From a virus: a stretch of DNA of 64,000 nt. This document shows, piece after piece, positions 38,684-48,636 of the stretch. Position 1 is the stretch's first letter. Every line of letters starts with the position of its first letter. A program made the translations under genes and the position numbers. The notes below the pieces were generated by a model that was given only the letters and a program-made list of their open reading frames with translations, did not search any database and was not told the origin of the DNA. Location of the stretch: positions 64,001 to 128,000 of IMG/VR virus record IMGVR_UViG_3300032401_000690; one strand, 5' to 3'.

Positions 38684-38908
38684 ATGAACACTAAATTAAT
38701 ATTAGATAACTACTTGGGTAAAAACACAAGAGTTACAGAAAAAGACAAAGGAAATGGTTATAAAGAAGTTTGTGACCTTGATAGTGGAGATTGCTACACA
38801 ATTAGAATGAAAGATGGTTTAATTGAGAGAGTTGACAATACTATGAATACAAATAAAAAAATCCAAGTAGAGACTAAAACAGGTATTAAACAATTATTAA
38901 ACGGATAA
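38684..38908 (+). CDS. Hypothetical protein
   Basis: 74-aa ORF with TATTTAT upstream. Confidence 0.6.
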   Translation: MNTKLILDNYLGKNTRVTEKDKGNGYKEVCDLDSGDCYTIRMKDGLIERVDNTMNTNKKIQVETKTGIKQLLNG

Positions 38909-38912
38909 TAAA

Positions 38913-39563
38913 ATGAGTGTAGATAAAAAGATTTTAGAGGAAATTAAGAGATATAATTCTATTAATAGTTATATTATGGAACAAGACATTCCTGATTTAC
39001 CACCACCATTACCGGGAGATGTGCCACCGGCACCTGATGCGGCACCATTACCGGGAGATATACCACCTGCACCTGACGCGGCAGCACCTGTACCACCTGT
39101 AGGGCCAACACCTGAACCTATTGACATTGCAAATGATCCTGATGTTGAAGAAGTTGGTAAAGAGGAGGACGAAAAAGAAGATATTGAGATTACTGATTTG
39201 GTAAAATCACAAAAAAATATTGAGGATAAACAAGAGGAATATTTTAATAATTTATTTGGCCAACTTGAGAATATGGAATCTAAGTTGGGTGAAATGGATA
39301 AAATTATGAATGCTCTTAATGCTCTTGAGGTTAAAGTTGAAAAAATGAGACCTAAAACCCCACAAGAAAAATTAGAATTAAGAAGTTTGGATTCAGGACC
39401 GTTTAATCAAAAACTATCAGATTTTTTTATTGACAAAGAAGAAGATATGGAAAAATCGGGAAAAAATGAATATGTTTTAACATCGGATGATGTTGAGGAC
39501 TTTTCACCAAACGAAATTAAGGGAACTTTTAATTCCTACGATGATGATGATATGATGCCGTAA
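38913..39563 (+). CDS. Hypothetical acidic, Pro-rich/coiled-coil protein
   Basis: Pro-rich segment, acidic tracts and a heptad-like stretch. Confidence 0.65.
   Translation: MSVDKKILEEIKRYNSINSYIMEQDIPDLPPPLPGDVPPAPDAAPLPGDIPPAPDAAAPVPPVGPTPEPIDIANDPDVEEVGKEEDEKEDIEITDLVKSQKNIEDKQEEYFNNLFGQLENMESKLGEMDKIMNALNALEVKVEKMRPKTPQEKLELRSLDSGPFNQKLSDFFIDKEEDMEKSGKNEYVLTSDDVEDFSPNEIKGTFNSYDDDDMMP
39004..39083 (+). repeat. 39-bp coding tandem duplication (PLPGD[VI]PPAPDAA x2)
   Basis: caccattaccgggagat at 39004 and 39043. Confidence 0.8.
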
Positions 39564-39565
39564 TT

Positions 39566-39590
39566 ATAAAACCACAAAATGTGGTTTTAT
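39566..39590 (+). terminator. Stem-loop, probable terminator
   Basis: ATAAAACCACA-aaa-TGTGGTTTTAT. Confidence 0.6.
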
Positions 39591-39603
39591 TTACGACAAC
39601 AAG

Positions 39604-39632
39604 TTGACAACACACAATTTTCTATTTATACT
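39604..39632 (+). promoter_or_regulatory. Sigma70-like promoter for the replication block
   Basis: TTGACA-17 bp-TATACT, 30 bp upstream of the SSB start. Confidence 0.6.
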
Positions 39633-39661
39633 TTCTATGTAAACTTTTAATTAATATATAT

Positions 39662-40525
39662 ATGGCGACAACAAATGTTTTAGATGCGGTTTTGGCTCAG
39701 TATGAAAGCTCAAAACAAGGTGGTTCTTCTAACACCACAAAAATGTCTCAGGACGAAAGAATGAAAAAATATTTCGCGGCTATCCTTAAGGATAACGAGA
39801 AACAAGGTCAGAAACGACTTAGAATATTACCAACAACTGATGGGTCTTCACCTTTCAAAGAAGTATGGTTCCACGAACTTAATGTGGATGGTAAATGGCA
39901 AAAATTCTATGATCCAGGAAAAAATGATAATGAGAGATCACCATTGAATGAGGTTCACGAAGAACTTATGTCAACGGGTAAAGAATCTGACAAAGAAATG
40001 GCACGACAATATAAAGCTCGTAAGTTTTATATCGTTAAAGTAATTGATCGTGATAACGAACAAGACGGAGTTAAGTTTTGGAGATTTAAACACAATTACA
40101 AACAAGAAGGGATCCTTGATAAAATTATTCCAATTTGGAAAGCAAAAGGTGATGTTACCGATTCTGATAAAGGTCGTGATTTAATCTTGGAACTTACCAA
40201 AGCAAAAACTCCAAAAGGGGCGGTATATACAGTAATTCAAACTGTAATGTATGATGACCCAACACCAACTCACGAAGATGTGGAAACAATGAACACTTGG
40301 ATCAATGATGAATTGACTTGGGAAGATGTTTATTCTAAAAAACCAATTGAATACCTTGAAGCGTTATCAAGAGGTGAAACTCCACGTTGGGATAGTGAAA
40401 AAGGTGGTTACGCCTATAGTAATGATGTTGTTGCAGAAACTTCTATTGGGGGATCAAAACAAGAGTCAAAGACTACTGTTGACCCACAAGCAAATGAAGA
40501 GGTTGACGAGGAATTACCATTCTAA
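39662..40525 (+). CDS. Single-stranded DNA-binding protein (T4 gp32-like)
   Basis: RLRILP, FKEVWFH, VIDRD...GVKFW, GRDL, and acidic C-tail DEELPF. Adjacent to the recombinase. Confidence 0.75.
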   Translation: MATTNVLDAVLAQYESSKQGGSSNTTKMSQDERMKKYFAAILKDNEKQGQKRLRILPTTDGSSPFKEVWFHELNVDGKWQKFYDPGKNDNERSPLNEVHEELMSTGKESDKEMARQYKARKFYIVKVIDRDNEQDGVKFWRFKHNYKQEGILDKIIPIWKAKGDVTDSDKGRDLILELTKAKTPKGAVYTVIQTVMYDDPTPTHEDVETMNTWINDELTWEDVYSKKPIEYLEALSRGETPRWDSEKGGYAYSNDVVAETSIGGSKQESKTTVDPQANEEVDEELPF

Positions 40526-40548
40526 AAAAAAAAGAACCTAAATGATAG

Positions 40549-40579
40549 GCACCGATTTACAATGTCGGTGCTTTTTTTT
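40549..40579 (+). terminator. Intrinsic terminator
   Basis: GCACCGA...TCGGTGC followed by T8. Confidence 0.75.
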
Positions 40580-40605
40580 ATCTTTTAAAAAACAAACAAA
40601 TTATT

Positions 40606-41595
40606 ATGGCAATAAAAAAGAAAGAAATATCCTTGGATGCAATCAAGGGTAAATTCTCAACAAAAACAAAGTATAAACCAGAAAGTTTTTATAATTGTGG
40701 TGAGGCGTTTATGGGGGCTTGCGGACTACCCGGACCTGTAATGGGGGGTATAAATATGTTCTTGGGGCATTCAAATGCTGGAAAGACAACGGCAATGATC
40801 CTTGCGGCTGCGGACGCTCAGAAAAAGGGTCACTTACCAGTTTTTATTATAACGGAGAAGAAGTGGAGTTTTGAGCATAGTGTGGAATTGGGGTTACAGG
40901 CTCAAAAAAATGCGGATGGAACTTGGGATGGGGACTTTATATTTAACGATTCGTTTGATGTTATTGAACAGGCAACGGACTTTATTAACAATATTTTAGA
41001 CGAACAAGAGAAGGGTAACCTCCCTTATAACTTATTGTTTTTGTTTGATAGTATTGGGTCAGTTCCGTGTCAGATGACTTTTGACGGAAAGGGTGGGTCC
41101 ATGCACAACTCAAGAGTTCTTGCGGATAAAATAGGTATGGGGATACATTCCAGAATTTCTAAATCTAAAAAAGAAGATTATCCTTATTATAATACTTTAG
41201 TTATAGTTAATCAACCATGGGTCGAGTTACCGGACAATCCATTTGGTCAACCTGAAATTCGAGCCAAAGGTGGTATAGCAATATGGTTGGCGAGTAGTTT
41301 AATATTCTTATTTGGTAATCAGAAAAAAGCTGGTATCAGTCATATTGATGCAACTAAAGACGGTAGAAAGGTGTCATTTGCAATTAGAACAAAGATATCT
41401 ATTTTGAAAAATCACGTAAATGGTCTCGGTTACAAGGATGGTAAAATAATTGCAGTACCGCAAGGGTATATTGAAGACACAAAAGAGGCTTTAGATAATT
41501 ATAAAAAAGAATATTCGGAGTATTGGGCAACAAAATTAGGTTATTCGGAATATTCTTTGGATGAATATACTAATGACATTGACCCTGAAGAATAA
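40606..41595 (+). CDS. recA: RecA/UvsX-like recombinase
   Basis: Walker A GHSNAGKTT, Walker B LFDSIG, IVNQ, AKGG and KNHV. Confidence 0.8.
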   Translation: MAIKKKEISLDAIKGKFSTKTKYKPESFYNCGEAFMGACGLPGPVMGGINMFLGHSNAGKTTAMILAAADAQKKGHLPVFIITEKKWSFEHSVELGLQAQKNADGTWDGDFIFNDSFDVIEQATDFINNILDEQEKGNLPYNLLFLFDSIGSVPCQMTFDGKGGSMHNSRVLADKIGMGIHSRISKSKKEDYPYYNTLVIVNQPWVELPDNPFGQPEIRAKGGIAIWLASSLIFLFGNQKKAGISHIDATKDGRKVSFAIRTKISILKNHVNGLGYKDGKIIAVPQGYIEDTKEALDNYKKEYSEYWATKLGYSEYSLDEYTNDIDPEE

Positions 41596-41648
41596 AAAAA
41601 ATTGTTAATGGGACACTCTTTTACTTGATTTGACGATATTTATATGAT

Positions 41649-42536
41649 ATGTGTGATTGTAAAGAAACTATTGGCCATAAAACTTCTTGTTTTATTAAAT
41701 GTGATGAATGTGATAAAATTATTAAATATAAGGCTTTATCTACATATAAGACATCCATTAGACGAAGTAAAACTTTTGGGTTATGTTCGTCTTGTTTAAA
41801 GAATGGGGAAAGAAATCCGTTCTTCAATAAGAAACACACTAAAGAATCCATGGTTAGGATGGTTAAAACCTCAAATAATAGTGAAGAAAGAAAAAAATAT
41901 TACGAAAAAATAAGGTCAGAAGAATATAGAAAATATTTAAGTGATTGGATGAAAAAAAATAGTCCGATGAGAGGTAATTCATATTATAAAATATGGGTTC
42001 AAAAATATGGTGTCGATAAGGCCGATGAAATGAATAAAGAGTGTTCGTTAAAAAAATCGGTTAAAGGGGAAAAAAATTATTGGTTTGGTAAAACCCCCCC
42101 CTTTGGTTCTGGAAATGGTTGGTCAGGATGGTACAATGGGTGGTATTTTAGAAGTTTATTGGAGTTGTCGTATATGGTCAACGTAATAGAAAAATATGGG
42201 TTTAATTGGGAGACGGGAGAATCTAATAAATTTAAAATTGTTTTTAAACATAAAGATGTGGTGAAGAATTATTTTCCGGATTTTGTATTAAATAATAAAT
42301 ATATGGTTGAATGTAAACCAAAAAGATTATGGAATACCGATTTAATTATAAATAAAAAAAACGCAGCTGAAGAATTCTGTCAAAAAAATGACTTAATCTA
42401 TAAGTTAAGAGATATACCAAAAATGTCTGATGATGAGATATTATCATTATATGTAAATGGGGAATTAATTTGGATAGAAAGATACCGAATAAAATTCCAA
42501 GATAGAATTTTAAAAAAGAGTAACAAAATATTGTAG
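41649..42536 (+). mobile_element. Putative homing endonuclease (NUMOD3-like repeats + TnsA-like PD-(D/E)XK domain)
   Basis: NPFFNKKHTKES, FRSLLEL, YFPDF...VECKP. Confidence 0.65.
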
Positions 42537-42558
42537 TAACAATTATAAAAAAATTTAA

Positions 42559-43578
42559 ATGACCAAAACACTTATTGTTGATGGTAACAACTTATTAAAA
42601 ATTGGATTTCACGGAGTTAAGGATTTCTATAATGATGGGGAACACATTGGTGGGACTTGGCATTTCCTTAACACAATCCGTAAATTTTTAGAGGAAACTA
42701 ACTTTAACAAAGTTATGGTTTTTTGGGATAGTGATACAAACTCAACCCAAAGAAAATTAATATACCCCAAATATAAGATGAATCGTAAATCTTCTCCTGA
42801 TAATATGGAGAAGACAGATTCATTTAACAAACAAAAAACAAGAGTTAAACAATATCTTGAAGAGATGTTTATAAGACAATTGGAGGTTGAAAATTCGGAA
42901 GCGGATGATCTTATTGCCTATTACTGTCAGATCTCTTTAGATGAGGTTAAAACGATATTCTCGTCCGACAAAGACTTAACTCAATTAATATCAGAAACGG
43001 TAACAATATATTCCCCCAACCTAAAGGCATATTATAAGTTTGGTGATAACATTAAGTTCAAAGACTGTTTAATTCCCCATTATAATGTTAAAACATTTAA
43101 GATTGTTGCTGGTGATACATCAGACAACATTGATGGTATTAGTTTAATGGGTGAGAAAACTTTAGTTAAATTATTTCCTGAAATACTTGATTCGGAAATA
43201 AGTTTTACAGATATTTTAACAAGAGGTAAGAAATTATTGGAAGAACAAGGTAAAAGTGTTGTTTTAAATAATCTAATAAGTGGAAAAACGAAGGAGGGTA
43301 TTCTTGGGGAAAAGTTCTACGAAATAAACAAGATATTGGTTGATTTATCTGAACCACTTATAAGTGAAGAGGGTAAGGAGATGGTTAAACAATATTATTC
43401 AGAAAGTTTAGATCCTGATGGAAGGGGTTATAGAAACTTAATGAAGATGATGATGTCGGACGGATTTTTTAAGTATTTACCAAAACGTGATGACGCTTGG
43501 GTTGGATTTATAAAACCATTTTTAAAATTAACAAGAAAAGAAAAAACAATTTACAAAAACAAAAAAACAAATTTATGA
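42559..43578 (+). CDS. 5'-3' exonuclease / flap endonuclease (T4 RNase H-like)
   Basis: LIVDGNN, YKMNR, EADDLIA, SSDKDL, GDTSDNIDG. Confidence 0.9.
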   Translation: MTKTLIVDGNNLLKIGFHGVKDFYNDGEHIGGTWHFLNTIRKFLEETNFNKVMVFWDSDTNSTQRKLIYPKYKMNRKSSPDNMEKTDSFNKQKTRVKQYLEEMFIRQLEVENSEADDLIAYYCQISLDEVKTIFSSDKDLTQLISETVTIYSPNLKAYYKFGDNIKFKDCLIPHYNVKTFKIVAGDTSDNIDGISLMGEKTLVKLFPEILDSEISFTDILTRGKKLLEEQGKSVVLNNLISGKTKEGILGEKFYEINKILVDLSEPLISEEGKEMVKQYYSESLDPDGRGYRNLMKMMMSDGFFKYLPKRDDAWVGFIKPFLKLTRKEKTIYKNKKTNL

Positions 43579-44024
43579 GAGATCAAGATTTTACAAAAGT
43601 GGAATTCCTTTTAAAGTGTAATGAGAACATCGTTGTTCAAAGATTCTTTAATGTTAGGGGTTTTAATCCTGAATCAAAAAATTCATTAGATGTTTATAAC
43701 TATATTGGAGACTTATGTCGTCAATTGACTTATAATATGAAGATGAGAACTGTTGTCTATATGATGGACAACCAATATGAAATTCAGGAAAATCCTGACA
43801 TCTTAAACACATCAAATACGGATGGTGAAGAGAACTTTAATTTAATAATTAGGGTTGGGGATATGACAATTTGTCATAGAGTGTTTGATGCAAAAGTGTA
43901 CCCACCAAAGGTAAGATACACCGTAGACCTACGTCCGCAACTAAAAGGTATACTATCTGACTTGACTGACATTTTTTCAGGCAAAAATTTTAATACGGAA
44001 TATGGCGGATTTAGTTTAGTTTGA
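43575..44024 (+). CDS. Hypothetical protein
   Basis: Start reassigned to ATG 43575, which overlaps the upstream stop (ATGA). Confidence 0.65.
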   Translation: MRDQDFTKVEFLLKCNENIVVQRFFNVRGFNPESKNSLDVYNYIGDLCRQLTYNMKMRTVVYMMDNQYEIQENPDILNTSNTDGEENFNLIIRVGDMTICHRVFDAKVYPPKVRYTVDLRPQLKGILSDLTDIFSGKNFNTEYGGFSLV

Positions 44025-44057
44025 TAGTATTTATCTTTACGAACGAATAAAAAACAT

Positions 44058-45437
44058 ATGGCGACAAACAAAAATTTTGATTATTTAGGGAATAATTTTC
44101 AGATTCAGTTATTGAATCAAATCATTTTGGATAAAGAATTTTCACACTCAATTATTGATGTGATTGAGTCTAGTTATTTTGAAAACAAATATTTTAAAAT
44201 AATTATCCAGATGATCAGAGAGTATTATAAAAAATACGATCACACACCATCATTTGACACATTAGAACAAGTGGCAAAATCCGAATTACAACAAGAGATT
44301 GCATCCAAGATTGTTTTGGATATGATTGGTAAAATCAAGGATGCACCTATTGACGGGGGGGATTTTGTTCAAGACAAGGCACTTAAGTTTTGCAAACAAG
44401 AGGAAGTAATTAAAGTTATGGGTAAGGCTCAAAAAATCATTGATGGTGGTGAATTTGAGAGTTATGAGACCATAGAACAAATGTTTAGAGAAGCATTACA
44501 AGTAGGTGAAAAAAACACAAATTTGGCAAGTGTTTTTAGTAACTTGGATCAAGTATTAGATGATGACTACAGACACCCCATACCGATGGGAATACCTGGT
44601 ATTGACAGGTTGTTAAAGGGTGGTTTGGCTAAAGGTGAGATTGGAGTTATTTTGGCACCGACTGGTGTTGGTAAATCAACTCTATTAACTAAGATTGCTA
44701 ATCACGCATTTAACTTGGGGAACAATGTAATACAGATCTTCTTTGAAGATAATCCAAAGATTATTCAGAGAAAACATTACACATTATGGACTAAAATTCA
44801 CCCGGACGAATTATCAGAAAAAAAGGATGAGGTTATCCGAAGAGTTAAGGAGATTGAGGATTCTATGCCGAACAAATTAATTATGCAAAAGTTGCCCTCA
44901 GATACGGTTACAATGCTTCAAATTAAGAACCAACTCAGAAAGTTAATTGCGGATGGTACCAAGATAGATATGGTATTATTGGATTATATTGATTGTGTTG
45001 TTCCGGATAAGAATTTGGGTGATGAATGGAAGAGTGAAGGATCTGTAATGAGAGGTTTTGAATCAATGTGTCACGAACTTGACCTTGTTGGTTGGACTGC
45101 AACACAAGGAAACAGAAGCTCAATATCATCTGAAGTGGTTACAACAGATCAAATGGGTGGTTCCATTAAGAAGGCACAAGTTGGTCACGTAATTATCTCA
45201 GTTGCAAAAACATTACAACAAAAAGAATTAAAATTGGCGACAATAGCAATTACTAAATCAAGAATTGGTGATGATGGTATTGTCTTTGAAAATTGCAAAT
45301 TCGACAACGGTATGTTAGAAATTGATACCGAAAGTTCTATGACATTTTTAGGTGTGGAGGAACAAAAAGAAGACAGACAACGTCAACGAGTAAAAGAGTT
45401 GATGGAAAAAAGAAAACAAAAAGAACAAATAAATTAA
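44058..45437 (+). CDS. dnaB: Replicative DnaB/gp41-like helicase
   Basis: APTGVGKS, LLDYID, WTATQGNR, KSRIG. Confidence 0.9.
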   Translation: MATNKNFDYLGNNFQIQLLNQIILDKEFSHSIIDVIESSYFENKYFKIIIQMIREYYKKYDHTPSFDTLEQVAKSELQQEIASKIVLDMIGKIKDAPIDGGDFVQDKALKFCKQEEVIKVMGKAQKIIDGGEFESYETIEQMFREALQVGEKNTNLASVFSNLDQVLDDDYRHPIPMGIPGIDRLLKGGLAKGEIGVILAPTGVGKSTLLTKIANHAFNLGNNVIQIFFEDNPKIIQRKHYTLWTKIHPDELSEKKDEVIRRVKEIEDSMPNKLIMQKLPSDTVTMLQIKNQLRKLIADGTKIDMVLLDYIDCVVPDKNLGDEWKSEGSVMRGFESMCHELDLVGWTATQGNRSSISSEVVTTDQMGGSIKKAQVGHVIISVAKTLQQKELKLATIAITKSRIGDDGIVFENCKFDNGMLEIDTESSMTFLGVEEQKEDRQRQRVKELMEKRKQKEQIN

Positions 45438-45452
45438 ACAATTAACAAAACT

Positions 45453-47312
45453 ATGGACGCATCACAACAGATTTTATCGGATCTAACGGTTTATATGAAG
45501 TACGCAAAATTTGTACCAGAATTAAATAGACGTGAAACTTGGGGAGAATTAGTAACCCGAAACATTAATATGCACATTAAGAAATACCCATCACTTGAGA
45601 GTGAAATAAGAGAGGTATATAAGTTTGTGTATGACAAAAAAGTATTACCATCAATGAGATCAATGCAATTTGGTGGAAAACCAATTGAGCTCTCACCTAA
45701 CAGAATTTTTAATTGTGCGTATTTGCCAATTGACAATTTGGAATCGTTTTCCGAATCAATGTTCTTGTTATTAGGTGGGACAGGTGTTGGGTACTCAGTA
45801 CAAAAACACCACGTAGATAAACTTCCTGAGATTAGAAAACCAAACCCAAACAGGTTTAGAAGATTTTTAATTGGGGATTCTATTGAAGGGTGGTCAGACG
45901 CAATTAAGGTTCTATTCAAATCTTATTTTGGAGAACAATTATCAACACCTGATTTTGATTTTTCCGATATTAGGCATAAAGGATCTAGGTTAATCACATC
46001 TGGAGGTAAAGCCCCTGGACCCCAACCACTTAAAGATTGTTTACACAAATTAAAAAGTATTTTAGAGTCAAAAGAGGATGGTGATAAATTAACAACCATT
46101 GAGGTTCATGACATTATTTGTCATATAGCTGACGCAGTCCTTAGTGGAGGGATTAGAAGAGCGGCACTGATCTCACTATTCAATGCTGATGACCAAGAAA
46201 TGATTTCTTGTAAAACGGGTAATTGGTGGGAAACAAACCCACAAAGAGGGAGAGCGAACAACTCGGCAACATTGTTAAGGCATAAAATAACTCAAGAGTT
46301 TTTTATGGGACTATGGAAACGTATTGAGGCTTCAGGAGCGGGTGAACCAGGAATTTATTTCACAAATGATAAAGATTGGGGAACAAATCCTTGTTGTGAA
46401 ATTGCTCTCCGACCAAATCAATTTTGTAACCTATGTGAGGTAAATGTTTCGGATATTGTGTCTCAAGAAGATTTAAATAATCGTGTTAGAGCTGCGGCAT
46501 TCATTGGAACATTACAAGCGGGTTATACTAACTTCCATTACTTAAGAGATATTTGGAAAAGAACAACTGAGAAAGATGCGTTAATTGGTGTTTCTATGAC
46601 AGGAATTGGATCAGGAGTTGTTTTAGGTTATAATATGAAAGAAGCCGCAAAAATCGTTAAAGAGGAAAATGAACGAGTTGCAAAATTAATTGGTATTAAT
46701 AAATCGGCAAGAACAACAACTGTAAAACCTGCGGGGACAACATCATTAACATTGGGGACATCATCAGGTATTCACGCTTGGCACAATGACTACTACATTA
46801 GAAGAATCCGTGTTGGTAAAAATGAATCAATTTATGGGTATTTAAGTGAAAATCACCCTGAATTAGTTGAGGATGAATTCTTTAGACCCCACGATACTGC
46901 GGTCATATCAATCCCACAAAAAGCACCTGAAGGGGCAATTTTAAGAACTGAAAGTCCATTCCAACTATTGGAAAGAGTTAAAAAAGTAACTCAAGAATGG
47001 GTAAGACCGGGACATAGAGGGGGTTCAAATATGCATAATGTATCAGCAACAATCAGTTTGAAACCTGAAGATTGGGAATTGGCTGGGGAGTGGATGTGGA
47101 AAAACAGGGATTATTACAATGGTTTGTCTGTTTTACCTCACTCCGAACATACTTACATACAAAGTCCTTTTGAGGATTGTGATGAAGAAACATTTGATAG
47201 GTTAAATATGTCGTTAACCAATATTGACTTAAGTAAAGTTATTGAGTTGACAGATGAAACGGATTTAAGTGAGAGTTTAGCGTGTTCGGGAGGTTCATGC
47301 GAGATTTTATAA
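45453..47312 (+). CDS. nrdJ: Class II (adenosylcobalamin-dependent) ribonucleotide reductase
   Basis: FNC, GGTGVG, TNPCCEI, CNL, TTVKPAGT, C-terminal CSGGSCE. No beta-subunit gene nearby. Confidence 0.85.
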   Translation: MDASQQILSDLTVYMKYAKFVPELNRRETWGELVTRNINMHIKKYPSLESEIREVYKFVYDKKVLPSMRSMQFGGKPIELSPNRIFNCAYLPIDNLESFSESMFLLLGGTGVGYSVQKHHVDKLPEIRKPNPNRFRRFLIGDSIEGWSDAIKVLFKSYFGEQLSTPDFDFSDIRHKGSRLITSGGKAPGPQPLKDCLHKLKSILESKEDGDKLTTIEVHDIICHIADAVLSGGIRRAALISLFNADDQEMISCKTGNWWETNPQRGRANNSATLLRHKITQEFFMGLWKRIEASGAGEPGIYFTNDKDWGTNPCCEIALRPNQFCNLCEVNVSDIVSQEDLNNRVRAAAFIGTLQAGYTNFHYLRDIWKRTTEKDALIGVSMTGIGSGVVLGYNMKEAAKIVKEENERVAKLIGINKSARTTTVKPAGTTSLTLGTSSGIHAWHNDYYIRRIRVGKNESIYGYLSENHPELVEDEFFRPHDTAVISIPQKAPEGAILRTESPFQLLERVKKVTQEWVRPGHRGGSNMHNVSATISLKPEDWELAGEWMWKNRDYYNGLSVLPHSEHTYIQSPFEDCDEETFDRLNMSLTNIDLSKVIELTDETDLSESLACSGGSCEIL

Positions 47313-47333
47313 TTAATTAACATTATGTAAATT

Positions 47334-47363
47334 AAAAGGAATACGTATTCGTATTCCTTTTTT
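47334..47363 (+). terminator. Intrinsic terminator
   Basis: AAAAGGAATACG-tatt-CGTATTCCTTTT. Confidence 0.8.
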
Positions 47364-47397
47364 AATTATTGGTGATATTTATAATAAAACACCAATA

Positions 47398-47904
47398 ATG
47401 TTATTAAAGGAATTGGCAATTAGAAAAGAAAAACTTGTAAAAGGAAAAAACAGGTATTATCTTTATATTTTTAAATGTGGGTGTGGTAAAGAACTATTGG
47501 TACAATCTTCAGCATTAAAAACACATTCTGGAAAATGTATAAGATGTGCGCAACTTAAAGAACCTTATAAGTACATTTATAATGAATTAAAATTACATAA
47601 AAGAAATGATACTAAGGTTGAGTTAACATTTGAGGAATTTCTTGATGTAATTAAAGTAAGGGACTGTCATTATTGTGGTGAGGAGTTAAATTATGAAGAA
47701 TATTCTAGAGTTTGGGGGAAAATAAATAGTAGGGCTCACCAATTAGATAGAAAAGATAATAATTTGGGGTATAGTAAGGAAAATGTTGTTACTTGTTGTT
47801 GGGAGTGTAATAGGTTAAAATCTAACAGATTTACTTATGAAGAGTTCATTCAATTATCGCCCATCTTAAATAAAATACGAATTGAAAAGAAAGAATTAAA
47901 ATGA
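47398..47904 (+). mobile_element. HNH homing endonuclease-like protein
   Basis: CHYCG...LDRKDNNLGYSKENVVTCCWECNRLK. Confidence 0.8.
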
Positions 47905-48122
47905 TGGTAACAAAAGATTGGATATATGATTTATATGTGGAGGAGATTTCAAAAAAGAAGTCTCCCCCACTTGATTATTATAAAAATAAGGATGGTAATA
48001 TCGTTATGACCGAAGATTACCACAAAAAAAGGGGTTTCTGTTGTGGATCAAAATGTTTGCATTGCCCTTACGACCCAATTTATACTAAATATAGTACAAG
48101 AGTTAATGAATCACGATTATAG
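47901..48122 (+). CDS. Small Cys-rich protein (DUF5522-like)
   Basis: VMTEDYHKKRGFCCGSKCLHCPY. Confidence 0.65.
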   Translation: MMVTKDWIYDLYVEEISKKKSPPLDYYKNKDGNIVMTEDYHKKRGFCCGSKCLHCPYDPIYTKYSTRVNESRL

Positions 48123-48134
48123 TCGTGATTTTTT
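48108..48134 (+). terminator. Intrinsic terminator
   Basis: AATCACGATT-at-AGTCGTGATT followed by a T run. Confidence 0.6.
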
Positions 48135-48171
48135 ATTTATATAAAATATCCGAACATTATATTTATTAGAT

Positions 48172-48630
48172 ATGGCAAATGGAATAACATATGGAATAAA
48201 TTTCCCCTTTTTAGATTCTTACGTTGGTAAGTATTTGGATTGTTCTGATACATCGGATGAAGAGATTAGAAGTAGTTTGGTTCATCTATTATTAAGTCGT
48301 AAGGGTACGAGGTATTTTTTACCTGACTTTGGTAGTAGATTATATGAGTATTTATTTGAACCACTTGATGGTCCGACATTTAATGAGATGGAGTCTGAGA
48401 TTAGGGATTCGGTTCAAAAGTATATGCCGGGGATCTTAATTAGTAGTATTAAGATAACGGACGCATCTATGGGTGAGGAAGATAAGGGTTCTTATGTTAA
48501 TGGTGATGGTAAAAAGGAATTTACTGTTCCCAACATTGGGCAATTGGAGCACACGGCAAAAATAAGAATTGATTATAAAAACACCAATAACACATTCGAT
48601 TCAAGTGATTTTGTAATTATCAATATTTAA
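48172..48630 (+). CDS. Baseplate wedge protein gp25-like
   Basis: IRSSLVHLLLSRKGTRYFLPDFGSRL..YLFEP. Confidence 0.9.
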   Translation: MANGITYGINFPFLDSYVGKYLDCSDTSDEEIRSSLVHLLLSRKGTRYFLPDFGSRLYEYLFEPLDGPTFNEMESEIRDSVQKYMPGILISSIKITDASMGEEDKGSYVNGDGKKEFTVPNIGQLEHTAKIRIDYKNTNNTFDSSDFVIINI

Positions 48631-48636
48631 TAGAAT

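Noticed and set aside
23782-40565. Shared GATTTACAAT(A)GTC loop in two terminator hairpins (23782, 40554)
   Set aside because: Only two copies, and explainable as an overlapping -35-like TTTACA box or chance. Not enough for a separate element.
5198-47312. Inteins or group I introns in PolB, helicases, RecA or NrdJ
   Set aside because: These genes are continuous with near-normal lengths and no splice-junction motifs seen. The endonuclease genes are intergenic.
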